A stretch of 64,000 bases of DNA, from assembly GCA_032718475.1 (NCBI GenBank), contig JAUCBJ010004955.1, positions 1 to 64,000 of the forward strand, written 5' to 3'. The position numbers and the translations under genes were made by a program. Under the pieces are notes generated by a model, which saw only the letters and a program-made list of their open reading frames with translations, did not search any database and was not told the origin of the DNA. Source of the DNA: Nemertoderma westbladi (lineage: Eukaryota; Animalia; Xenacoelomorpha). This document shows positions 1-9,666 of the stretch, one piece after another. The number at the start of each line of letters is the position of its first letter. The first letter of the stretch is position 1.

Positions 1-188
1 AATCGAATTCGGATTATTACTTAAATTATTTGGACTATTCTGTATAACTACATCACTAGAATTACTCTGTACGTCAATATTAGAATCGTTCTGATTTAAA
101 ATAATATTATTACTATTAGGTAACGTATTTCCTGCAATAAAAATTTGGTTAGAGTCGTCCAATACAGTATTATTAATATTAGCGTTAT

Positions 189-1847
189 CTACTGTATTAG
201 TGTTATTACCCCCCCCCCGCTCGTACGATCACACCAGTTTCGTGTCCGTAGTGTGGTCCCTGTCAGTGGAGTATTAATAAACGTATCCACGGCCCCCGGC
301 TCCTCTGAAATGTTCGAGCCTGCCCCTCTCTCAGACACTCCTGCCCGCGCCCGTTCCACCTCGCGCGCGTGTACAGCCGTATACTCTACGAATTTGTCTC
401 GCTGTTTCTCTAACTCTATTCGGCCACTCTCCACTCTTATTACTTTCTCCTTTGACTCTCGTTTTTCCTGCTCAATCAATTCCAGCTCTCTCCTAATCCC
501 CTCTCTTCTTCTCGCCTTACGCTCTTTGCGTTCACTTTCCTCTCTCGCCTCACGTTTCTCGCGTTCGCTTTCCTCTCTCGCCTCTCGTTTCTCGCGTTCC
601 GCATCGCGTTTCTCCTCGCGTTCCCTTCGTTCCCTTCTCTCTCTCGCCTCGCGTTCCTCGCGTTCTCTCTCGCGTTCCGCCTCGCGTTTCTCGCGTTCTG
701 CTTCGCGTTTCTCGCGTTCTGCCTCGCGTTCTCTCTCGCGTTCCCTCTCTTCCCTCAACTCTATCTCCTCACACTCCCTAAGGTTCCTCGCGGCCCTTTC
801 GCCCCTCTCCCTCAACTCTTTAATCGACACCGTTTCCCTCTCTAGCATCACTCTCCCCTCCTCTAGCCGTCTACCTAGTTCTCTATTCGCCTCTACCACT
901 ACATTGAAACGGTGTCTAGCCTCTATCTCTCTCACCCGTCTTTCTTTTTCGGAGGATGTAACAGACTTATCGGTTGCGACGGATTCCCTCCGCCTTCCCG
1001 ACCCGCTGGCTCTCCCCCCCTTTCCGGAACTCCCTCCGACCGACGAGACCGAACCCGCGGGGTCAACCTCGGGTTCGCCCTCCTCTGGTCTGTTCCAACC
1101 TACTGTCTTTATACCCCGGGCATCGATTAAGTATGGCCCTAAGTACACTACCCTAGGTTCTATACTCCCATACCGCCATGAGTCATACAGTTCCTCGGCG
1201 ACCCAAGTCGCTCTCTCCTCGGCCAATCCTCTCTGCCCGAAGCGCACTAGATAATATAAATGTCTATTCGACTCACCTAGTCCTAGGTTCAGTTTTACCT
1301 CGTCTATCCTCTTCCCTTCTCTGGCCTCCTTTATCAGTCTCCGGGTCGCGTTGTAGGCCCGTCGAAGTCGCTCGGAAACCCCGACGTCCTCGTCGCCGAC
1401 CCCTCGTCCGTCTCTCCGGGTTCGACGTCGTACCGGCGGCCCCACCGTCGCCGTTCCGGTGGGCCGTGCGTCGCCCTCGGCCTGCGGTTGGCCGGCGACA
1501 TCGGTGTCGACATCCCCGTCGTCTCTCCGGGTCCGGCGTCGTACCGTCGGCCCCACCGTCGCCGTCTCGGTGGGCCGTTCGTCGCCCTCGGCCTGTGGCT
1601 GGCCCGCGACGTCGGTATCGACATCCCCGCTGTGTGTCGACTCGTCTCTCTCTTCCTCGAGCCCGATCTCTCTATCCTCCGGCTCGATCTCTGGTTCCAG
1701 GCGGTCCCCCTCTACTCGAATCCCCGGTTCGCCCGGTACGGATGGCTCCGGTGTCGTGGGCGTATATCGCCTGGTCGCGGCCTCGCGGATCGTTAGATCG
1801 TCGTCGTCCGGGGTCCGCGTGGGTGTCACTTCACCCGACTCGCTCAT
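189..1847 (-). CDS. Accessory ORF2 of BEL element A: acidic/repetitive N-terminus, chromodomain-like segment, long E/R coiled coil
   Basis: 552-aa ORF in the same orientation as gag and ~480 bp downstream of it. Contains a tandem ~37-aa repeat (GDVDTDVAGQPQAEGD...), the motif IDEV...YYLVRF...EERATWVAEEL and an (EREKREA)n tract. Confidence 0.65.
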   Translation of the reverse strand: MSESGEVTPTRTPDDDDLTIREAATRRYTPTTPEPSVPGEPGIRVEGDRLEPEIEPEDREIGLEEERDESTHSGDVDTDVAGQPQAEGDERPTETATVGPTVRRRTRRDDGDVDTDVAGQPQAEGDARPTGTATVGPPVRRRTRRDGRGVGDEDVGVSERLRRAYNATRRLIKEAREGKRIDEVKLNLGLGESNRHLYYLVRFGQRGLAEERATWVAEELYDSWRYGSIEPRVVYLGPYLIDARGIKTVGWNRPEEGEPEVDPAGSVSSVGGSSGKGGRASGSGRRRESVATDKSVTSSEKERRVREIEARHRFNVVVEANRELGRRLEEGRVMLERETVSIKELRERGERAARNLRECEEIELREEREREREREAEREKREAEREKREAEREREREEREARERRERREREEKRDAEREKREAREESEREKREAREESERKERKARRREGIRRELELIEQEKRESKEKVIRVESGRIELEKQRDKFVEYTAVHAREVERARAGVSERGAGSNISEEPGAVDTFINTPLTGTTLRTRNWCDRTSGGGVITLIQ

Positions 1848-2326
1848 CTTTTGTCTGTTGGTGGCTGGTGGTATCTGAGTCTATTAGGCTAGGGCAGCAG
1901 TTGTTGTTTAGTTACTGTGACGGGATCATCCGGAGATGAACCCGATTTATCCTGTTTTAGTTCACGCGTCCCCGCCGTGTGAAAGAGTGTAAGTTGAGGT
2001 TACTGTTGTTCGTTATATTGTGATCTTGAGACGTGATATAGATATAGATATAGATTGATGTTATACACTGACGTTCACAGGTTGACGGGATGACGGTAAC
2101 TAAAATCCCGGTACTTCCCTAATTGTAACTTACTGTACCACCAGTAACACTGAGATAACTGAGGTAATATGATTACTGCTTACTGGTTATATCGCACGGT
2201 GGCCTTATTGCTACTCAATCGGTGCCAGCCCCCCTCTGATTGGTTGCTACCCTTGTTGGCGCCCTTTGAGGTGTTCCCGTTCACCCCAGCTATTCTCTCC
2301 CTTGTCAGGATACTAACCCCTGACCC

Positions 2327-5300
2327 TTATTGTGTGCTTCTCCTTCCCATTCTGTTGGGGAGACACGAGTTGGTTTGGGACCTAATCTCGTGTCCCCCAA
2401 TATTGCTTATTGGCTTAACTTTGTGGAGTATTGGCGGGATTGATTCGCTAACAGCGTGCAACAAGATATGATGTTTCGCACCACACTTTGCACACCTTAT
2501 GTCAGAGAAACAGGTTCGCCGTTGGTGTCCTTGTCTGAGGCAATTATAACATAACCGCTTATCCCACATGACTTCGCGTCTCTCTGTTAATGATTTCTTT
2601 AGAAATTCATCACACCTATTCAAATGGTGGGTCCCGTCGCACAGCGCACATTTCGGTTTGATGTTACTTACCTTAGTCTGAGTCACATTGTGTACACTGG
2701 CCCTTTCTTCGGGTTTTCTCACCTGAATTCTCTTGGGAGACGTGGGAGGAGTTTTTCTTACCTGTTCCCTCCTGTCATTTGTTCGAGACTTGAATTTACT
2801 TACCTGATCTTTAGGCATTTTATTCACGTAATAAGATCTATCCGTGTCCTTCCCGCTATCTTCTCCTTGAGAAGTCTGGCTTTCGCCGTCATCGGTATAA
2901 CATACTGGTGTTACTTTTCTCCTAGAGACGGGTTTTTCACTTACCTTGTTTTCCGGTGTTTTCTCCCTAGACAGTTTCAGGAGCTGTAATTTCACTTCTC
3001 CATCTAGGAATGACATGAGATCAGCCATGGTAGGGTCTCGCCGTTGTTGTTCCATCATATATAACACTTTCTTATCCCAGCGTGTACCTACTCCACCTTT
3101 CGGTAAAGTAGAAGCCACTGCTCTAATAACCATAGTGTTCTGATACTCATGAGACTTACCTAGCCAATCTAATTGTCTGCAGATCTCCTGGATCTCATCG
3201 GAAAACTCGATAATTCCGCTACTAATAAACTTTCGGGGCGCTACTAACTTTGCATACAAGTACCCAGCGATATTATTCCTATTACCATACCTGATGTTTA
3301 GTGTATCCCAAACTTGTCTTAATCCGTCTGGATGTCCAATAAACTTTAACGCCATTAACTTGGGAGATCCTTCCAAGCACTCGATGAGGTATCTAAGTTT
3401 CTCTCCATTAGATAGTACAGAGTTCTGTATGTTATCTTTGTAATATTCATTAAAAGGTAACCATTTCATCTCATCTCCATTGAACTTGACGATCTCTCCA
3501 ACCTTTACCGCTTGCCGGGCTTCGGTTCTAGCCATTTGACGCGTAAAACTTTCTTGGGCCATCGTGTTATTTAATATCGAGTTATCGGTATATAAATTTC
3601 TCGGATTATGATCCGGTCTATAGGGAATATCATTATCAACAGGTCTATAATTACCCTTAATAGGGTTCACTATAGGAGTTTCTACTTCGCTAGCAGTATA
3701 AATGCGTGTAGGCTCCACACCTTGCGCATGAGATACTTCAGACCTAACGGGTTGACACATTGTTACAGGGGGTGGTGGTATACCCTTTTGTAAATTTACT
3801 AATTTATCGCGCTCTAGCGCGATATTTTGCTGCACTTCTTGCAACTCTAACTTACTTTCCCTCACTGTTCCCTTTAAATGTTGGACAGTCCCTTCCAACT
3901 CTCGGACCTGTTGGGAGGAGCGTATCCGATTCTCCTTCATCTCTCCGAGGAGAATATCCATCCCCCGCCGTCTCTCATCTACCCAATCAACCGCCGAAAC
4001 GGGATCCGCCAACGTCGTAGCGGGCAGACGAGGGACAACGGGCGACAAATTTGGAATATTTCGCTCGGGGTCCAGGACCTGAACTGTCTCCTGGGCAGTT
4101 CTACGGGGCACAGGTAGCTTAGTGCTATGCAGAGGGAATTTATAGGTAGCTTCAGGGAGCACAGGTGTATCTATTACCGAAGGGGTGATTTCAAGAACAG
4201 GCCTACTTATTTCAGGCTCATCTACTATAGTAGGGAGTCTTTCTATTGTAATTATTTGGTCTGTTGGTTCTGTACTCTCTAAGTTGGTGTTATTTAGTTG
4301 CCTTCTAACAGCTGGAGGCAAATCAGGCAATTTCTGACGGTGGAATGTTCTTTTACGTCTGCTTAGGCGGGATCGATTTCCTCCGCCTTCAGTGTCGGTG
4401 GTATCGCCTTCCTCAGATGATGTATAACCTTGTCGTTTGGGAGTAGATCGATTCATCATCTGCATATTACTAGCTGTTAACTGTTTATTAAAGTTATCTT
4501 GCCTCTCTTGAAGATTTTCCAACTCTAGTTGGGTTGTCTCTTCAGATGCCCTCCGTTCTGCTTCTGCCACTGCTATCTTTCTTTCCGCTTCTGCCGCTGC
4601 CGCTTTCCTTTCCGCTTCTACGGCTGCAGCTGCCGCTTTTGCCTCTGCCGCTGCCGCTTTCCTTTCCGCTTCTACGGCTGCAGCTGCCGCTTTTGCCTCT
4701 GCCGCTGCCTCTGCTGCCTTTCTTTCCGCTTCTGCCGCTGCCACTGCCGCTGCTGCTGTCTTTCTATCTTCTATACGTTTTTTCCTTACTTGTTCTTCCT
4801 TTTCTCTAGCGATGCGGAGTTGTTCATCGAATTTAGCTTGGTTCGCAGCTAACCTATCCACATCGATCGCATCTAACACAAGTTTGGCTCCTTCGCTATT
4901 AGGGCTAAGTCCCTCTAGCCTTCTCCTCAACTCTTCATCTCCCAAAAAACGCTGATAGTCTGACAGATAGATATCAATGGCATCCTTCTTATGCGGTTTC
5001 TCTGCCGTCGCTTCACTTTCCACTTGGGAAAAAGTAGCGTCCGTCGATTCTCCATGTGTTGAGCGCTCCTCCAACTGAGCTTTCCACTGAGCTGCTCCTT
5101 GAACCTGGCGTCTCACCCTTTGAAGCCAAGTCTTTACGGCAACTTGCAACGACGTGTCTTGTCTTCTTTTAGAAGCCTCCTCAAAGGCGGATAAGATTAG
5201 CCTAATTCGCAGAACTCTTTCTCTAACTTGATAAAGCAGCTGTCCCTGCTCTTGAGGTCCTTGAGGTTGTTTAAACAGCTGTCTTTCTACTCGCTCCATA

Positions 5301-5935
5301 GAGCTGAAGAATCCCTGTGCGTATCCGGCTGCGGACCTCTTCCATACAGCTGGATCGATGGTTTCCTTGGCTACTCCCATCCGGTGTATGTCTTCCCAGG
5401 CAGCTTCTGATAAATCAAACGGGAGTCCGGGTCCGGGGAAGTTCCATTGCGACTCGACAATAGACTTCAATTCTTCCCTCGTGTACCCCGCATAACTATC
5501 TCTAGTTGATCGTTGACTCCTCGCCCAATCGATCTGGTGTTCTTCCACCGCGATCAATAACCTAGTGAGTACGGCTGCAGGAAGGATGAGAAGGGGATCC
5601 GTATAAACCGCATCCGTCATCTCTGCTCCGCGCTCGGGTGTCAGCTCTACAGTATCCTCACTACTGGAGCTGCTGGGCCGCTGAGGAATAAGTTCTTGAC
5701 TCGCGGGTTGTTGCTGTTCCGCTGCTTCTTGGTCCCGCTTGACCTGAGCTCGAGTGCCTATGATAGACCTACGATGTTGGACTAGCCTAGGTTCTGTTAT
5801 TACTACTGGAGGGATGACCTTCCTCACAGTGGGAGGTGAACTGAATTTACGACCAGACGGTTGTACGTCTCTATCTGAGTCGCAGATAGTTACATCTAAT
5901 ATACTGTCTGACAGGTTCTGCTTAGTATCAGACAT
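2327..5935 (-). CDS. gag: BEL/Pao Gag (DUF1759-like capsid region plus three zinc knuckles), no protease or pol fused
   Basis: KFNGDEMKWLPF...EKLRYLIECLEG...LNIRYG motif; knuckles CALCDGTHHLNRC, CYNCLRQGHQRRTC and CAKCGAKHHILLH, typical of BEL/Pao. The ORF stops ~40 aa after the last knuckle. Confidence 0.9.
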   Translation of the reverse strand: MSDTKQNLSDSILDVTICDSDRDVQPSGRKFSSPPTVRKVIPPVVITEPRLVQHRRSIIGTRAQVKRDQEAAEQQQPASQELIPQRPSSSSSEDTVELTPERGAEMTDAVYTDPLLILPAAVLTRLLIAVEEHQIDWARSQRSTRDSYAGYTREELKSIVESQWNFPGPGLPFDLSEAAWEDIHRMGVAKETIDPAVWKRSAAGYAQGFFSSMERVERQLFKQPQGPQEQGQLLYQVRERVLRIRLILSAFEEASKRRQDTSLQVAVKTWLQRVRRQVQGAAQWKAQLEERSTHGESTDATFSQVESEATAEKPHKKDAIDIYLSDYQRFLGDEELRRRLEGLSPNSEGAKLVLDAIDVDRLAANQAKFDEQLRIAREKEEQVRKKRIEDRKTAAAAVAAAEAERKAAEAAAEAKAAAAAVEAERKAAAAEAKAAAAAVEAERKAAAAEAERKIAVAEAERRASEETTQLELENLQERQDNFNKQLTASNMQMMNRSTPKRQGYTSSEEGDTTDTEGGGNRSRLSRRKRTFHRQKLPDLPPAVRRQLNNTNLESTEPTDQIITIERLPTIVDEPEISRPVLEITPSVIDTPVLPEATYKFPLHSTKLPVPRRTAQETVQVLDPERNIPNLSPVVPRLPATTLADPVSAVDWVDERRRGMDILLGEMKENRIRSSQQVRELEGTVQHLKGTVRESKLELQEVQQNIALERDKLVNLQKGIPPPPVTMCQPVRSEVSHAQGVEPTRIYTASEVETPIVNPIKGNYRPVDNDIPYRPDHNPRNLYTDNSILNNTMAQESFTRQMARTEARQAVKVGEIVKFNGDEMKWLPFNEYYKDNIQNSVLSNGEKLRYLIECLEGSPKLMALKFIGHPDGLRQVWDTLNIRYGNRNNIAGYLYAKLVAPRKFISSGIIEFSDEIQEICRQLDWLGKSHEYQNTMVIRAVASTLPKGGVGTRWDKKVLYMMEQQRRDPTMADLMSFLDGEVKLQLLKLSREKTPENKVSEKPVSRRKVTPVCYTDDGESQTSQGEDSGKDTDRSYYVNKMPKDQVSKFKSRTNDRREQVRKTPPTSPKRIQVRKPEERASVHNVTQTKVSNIKPKCALCDGTHHLNRCDEFLKKSLTERREVMWDKRLCYNCLRQGHQRRTCFSDIRCAKCGAKHHILLHAVSESIPPILHKVKPISNIGGHEIRSQTNSCLPNRMGRRSTQ

Positions 5936-6021
5936 GACTATGTATACCGTTGAATGTCTACTACTGTATTACAGTCTGAGCAAGTCTAGTAACTCAGTAT
6001 TAACTGCTAGCCTAATAATTA

Positions 6022-6312
6022 ATTACCGGTACTGCTACTCAGTGTAGAGTGATATATATATAATATATTAGAATACCGGTATGCTTATAGTATATATAAC
6101 TATTATTACAGACTAGGTTTATCACCGAATACCGGTATAATTTTAGCACAGATATATATAAATATATAATAGGCCTATCGGGAATACCGGTATACAGCTT
6201 ACAGTTTGTAGTATATATAATTCTGGACTAGAATTAATTACAAGTACCGGTATAATGTAAGCCTAAAATTTACAGAAATAAAGATAATAGGCCTATCGTA
6301 AATACCGGTATA
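6022..6312. repeat. Array of (A)TACCGGTA(T) palindromes at ~55-60 bp spacing in the gag leader
   Basis: Motif near 6025, 6073, 6130, 6185, 6245 and 6303 with AT-rich spacers; homologous array in element B at ~34130-34430. Confidence 0.75.
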
Positions 6313-7259
6313 TCAATTATTTTAGAATAATTGAATTTCTGAACTTTAGGGTTACTTGGTTACTTTAACTTACTTTCTTACCGCTATTTGAGCAGTAGAC
6401 CAACTGATATTGAGACCTAATTGTTGTATGGCAGGCCTACTATTTATAAATCGTTAGATTTGATTTATAATATATATATACCCGTTTTAATGGGTTTAGT
6501 CAATGTTTGAAATAAATGTTATTATTTCTGGGGTAATCACTACACAAAGCGGTACGCTTTCAGTGAAGTGTTACGTACAGGACACTAAAACAAATGATTC
6601 TAATTTACCTAAGTTACTTAATTCTACAAATTACGTACAATTCGGGTTGAGATTACAATCTCTAAATAAACACAAAAATTTACAAAAAACACAAAATACG
6701 AATTTTTAGGGTAATTTTACAAGAAGTCTACTAACCAGCCTAACAAAGGGTTAGAAATCTGGTTATTACAACGGACAGGGTACTACGGTATTTGAAATAA
6801 TAAGTAGTAGTAAATACACTGCGTTGTCCAGATAGGAAAATACCACCGCCTGACGACCTATAGCCGTATCGCTATAGGTTCTACGTTATGTATCACGGAG
6901 TGTTCCTACCTAGAAATTAATAGAGCTAATCGAACGTGCCTATTAACCACTTTACAACACAAATATAATGCCTACACTAATTACTTTCGGAAAGCACTGT
7001 ACACTAAACCCTAAATTAGGTACGAGTACTTGTACAACAGATAATCAGTAGTTAAATATACTTGAACAGCTAAAAGAACCACGGCATCTGCTGGAGTGAC
7101 CGATGCACAAAATCACCAGTCTTTACCTACGCCAAGCAGCCCGTGTAGTACCGGGGTTAATTTAACTATAGCGGTATGTATAACAAACACAATTACTGTA
7201 GGAACAAACTTGGGGAATGAATGTTGCGAATAATCGCATAAACTCTGAATAATAAATAT

Positions 7260-8100
7260 TACGCTACGCGCACAAACTACTCAAACAAAATGCAGACTAC
7301 TATCAAGCCTAAACAAACTACAGGACATGCAGACTCCGAAATGATTAGGGAGTATGCGTTCTAACCCAGTAGTACGACTTATTCTTTAATTGGGGGTTTA
7401 CCTTACAGCATTCGCTGCCCCTACTTCCTAACCGTACTTAATCGGACAAGTGATCTACACACGCTGCAATCCGTTCAGACCTAATAACAGCCAGACAACT
7501 ATCCAGCCTACAAATTATCTAAATAAAATTATACGCTACCCGTACAGACTTACACAAACAAAGTACAGACTAAACGATGGCAGACTACTCACAAGCCTAA
7601 ATAAACTACAGGACATGCAGACCCCGAAATGATTAGGGAGTATGCGTTCTAACCCAGTAGTACGACTTATTCTTTAATTGGGGGTTTACCTTACAGCATT
7701 CGCTGCCCCTACTTCCTAACCGTACTTAATCGGACAGGTGATCTACACACACTGCAATCCGTTCAGACCTAACAACAGCCAGACAACTATCCAGCCTACA
7801 AATTATCTAAATAAATATTATACGCTACCCGTACAGACTTATACAAACAAAGTACAGACTAAACGATGGCAGACTACTCTCAAGCCTAAATAAACTACAG
7901 GACATGCAGACTCCGAAATGATTAGGGAGTATGCGTTCTAACCCAGTAGTACGACTTATTCTTTAATTGGGGGTTTACCTTACAGCATTCGCTGCCCCTA
8001 CTTCCTAACCGTACTTAATCGGACAGGTGATCTACACACACTGCAATCCGTTCAGACTTAACAGCAATCAGACAACAGCTCAGCCTACAAATCGTCTGTA
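7260..8100. repeat. ~289-bp tandem repeat (about 3 copies) in the leader of element A
   Basis: CCGAAATGATTAGGGAGTATGCGTTCTAACCCAGTAG recurs at ~7336, ~7624 and ~7913; two diverged copies in element B (~35360-35940). Confidence 0.9.
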
Positions 8101-8269
8101 CAATCTGATCAGGTTTACACGCCTTCTGTTCAATACTGACCTACAAATAAATAAAACTTGACAGAAATAAGTAAACCATATAAAGGAATAAGGGGTGATC
8201 AATCCCTAATCCCTTAAACAGCCTACCGGTATGCAACAATCAAATCGAATAATACTAGTGTACTTATAC

Positions 8270-8420
8270 GGAAGTACCGGTTAGGACAGCTAGGCCTACG
8301 GACCTACAGAAGTACCGGTTCTGGCAGTTGGGCCTACTGACCTACGGCAGTACCGGTTCTAGCGGTTGGGCCTACTGACCTACTGAAGTACCGTTCAGGT
8401 TTACCGGTTGACCGGTACTT
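8270..8420. repeat. ~39-bp tandem repeat (AGTACCGGTT...GGCCTAC(T/G)GACCTAC), about 3.5 copies, next to the primer site
   Basis: Units directly visible starting near 8273, 8311, 8349 and 8387. Confidence 0.8.
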
Positions 8421-8451
8421 TCAACTTTATTGCTTACTGCAATAAAGAAGC

Positions 8452-8463
8452 TATATCCTTTAA
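8452..8463 (-). promoter_or_regulatory. Non-tRNA primer-binding site of element A (TTAAAGGATATA), complementary to LTR 9212-9223
   Basis: Directly abuts the LTR end; no TGG start; 12/12 reverse-complement match inside the LTR. Confidence 0.75.
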
Positions 8464-9666
8464 TGTTCGCGCTTTTAGACCTTTGGCAGTTTAACCCGCC
8501 AATTTAAGATGTCTTCTAGATATTAAATCGCTTTTTAGCCTATGACAAGTATTTGATTCACTACACTAGTCGAAACCAATCTATGCGCGACCATTCACCC
8601 GCTGGATATTCCCGGGAGATTGGGTTCGACGGTTTAATTTTATTGCTATGTAAGCCTAATGTATTATTCGACTGACAGTATTATATAATCTCTGACAATA
8701 TTATTCACCTTCGGGAATATTAACAGTTCCTTTAGGACGTGGCGCTTTATTTATATAAACAGAGTTATGACTTAAACTACTCACAACGATATGGCTTAAT
8801 TATAATTCACATATATGACGCATTCTTTAGGAAATGCTTCTTTAACAGACTCACTCGTACACAATGCTGCACAATACTGCACACTAATCTGCCAATCTTC
8901 ACTGATTTTAGTCACATATAAAAGGAACACAGACTGACTCATGTAGGGTCTATCAAATAACATTAGATTCACTTCAAACCACTTTAACATAAGTCACAAT
9001 CGTTATTGGTAACCTTTCTCTCTTACCTTCGGTATATCAAGAATATTGGGTGCCGGGGTTATTTCTCGTTATTCCAATATAATAATTCATCAACAAATAT
9101 AATGAATAACCGACAACAAATAGCAGTATACGGTATTGATTGAGCAGGTAATTTTAGCAGCAGTTGTTCAAGTGATTAAAAGCCAGTTTGTTTGTTTTGG
9201 CAATCAGTCAGTTAAAGGATATATGTCCTTATAATTAAACCTACTAGTGTTGAGCTAAAAAGCAGAAAGCACAAAACACTAAAAGCCGTTCTTTCGTGGC
9301 TTTGAAAAACTCGTGACTACTACTCTATACGAGGATACTAACTACCCTTATTCCACGAAGTTCCCGTTCAACACAGAGAAAGAGCAGTGAGATAGGAAAA
9401 TTTCAGTTCAGTAGCTCTGTGATAGGTCAAAATCAAGGCTAACTCAAATTCTATTGGGAGATACAAAAACAAGGCTATGACGCAACCTCCCTAGGCTTGT
9501 TGGCCGATTAAACAGAGCCCAGATGCCTGCGTACAGCAAATCAGCCAATAAGCTGGTAACTTGCACTATTTTTAGCTATAGATCCCTTTAGAGAGTATTC
9601 TAGCGACTGGGGGGGGGAACTGGCCAACAAGGCAAACGAATCAGTTATCCCACAAAAGCTTTTACA
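8464..9666 (-). repeat. 5' LTR of BEL element A (1203 bp)
   Basis: Plus strand starts TGTTCGCGC and ends AAAAGCTTTTACA, as in the LTRs of element B. The left ~700 bp align with B; the right ~430 bp (U3) have diverged. Confidence 0.9.

Larger units (their letters stand above)
1..9666 (-). mobile_element. BEL/Pao LTR retrotransposon, element A (no pol visible; 3' end lies outside the window)
   Basis: 5' LTR 8464-9666 (TGT...ACA) is homologous to the LTRs of element B. It is followed by a ~2.5 kb leader homologous to that of element B, a BEL-type gag at 2327-5935 and an extra ORF at 189-1847. No RT or IN motifs in the visible part. Confidence 0.85.

Noticed and set aside
145-1939. Plus-strand ORFs (369, 253 and 139 aa)
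   Set aside because: Antisense shadows of the low-complexity, GC-rich minus-strand ORF2.
6022-6312. CRISPR-like repeat-spacer array
   Set aside because: The constant part is only ~10 nt and the spacers resemble each other (degenerate tandem repeat).
8483-8501. TGGCGGGTTAAAC as a tRNA PBS
   Set aside because: It lies inside the LTR (present in both LTRs of B); better explained as a hairpin.
8576-8622. HDV-like ribozyme (GGGUGAAUGG resembles the J4/2 strand)
   Set aside because: The catalytic C position is U, and I could not build the nested double pseudoknot.
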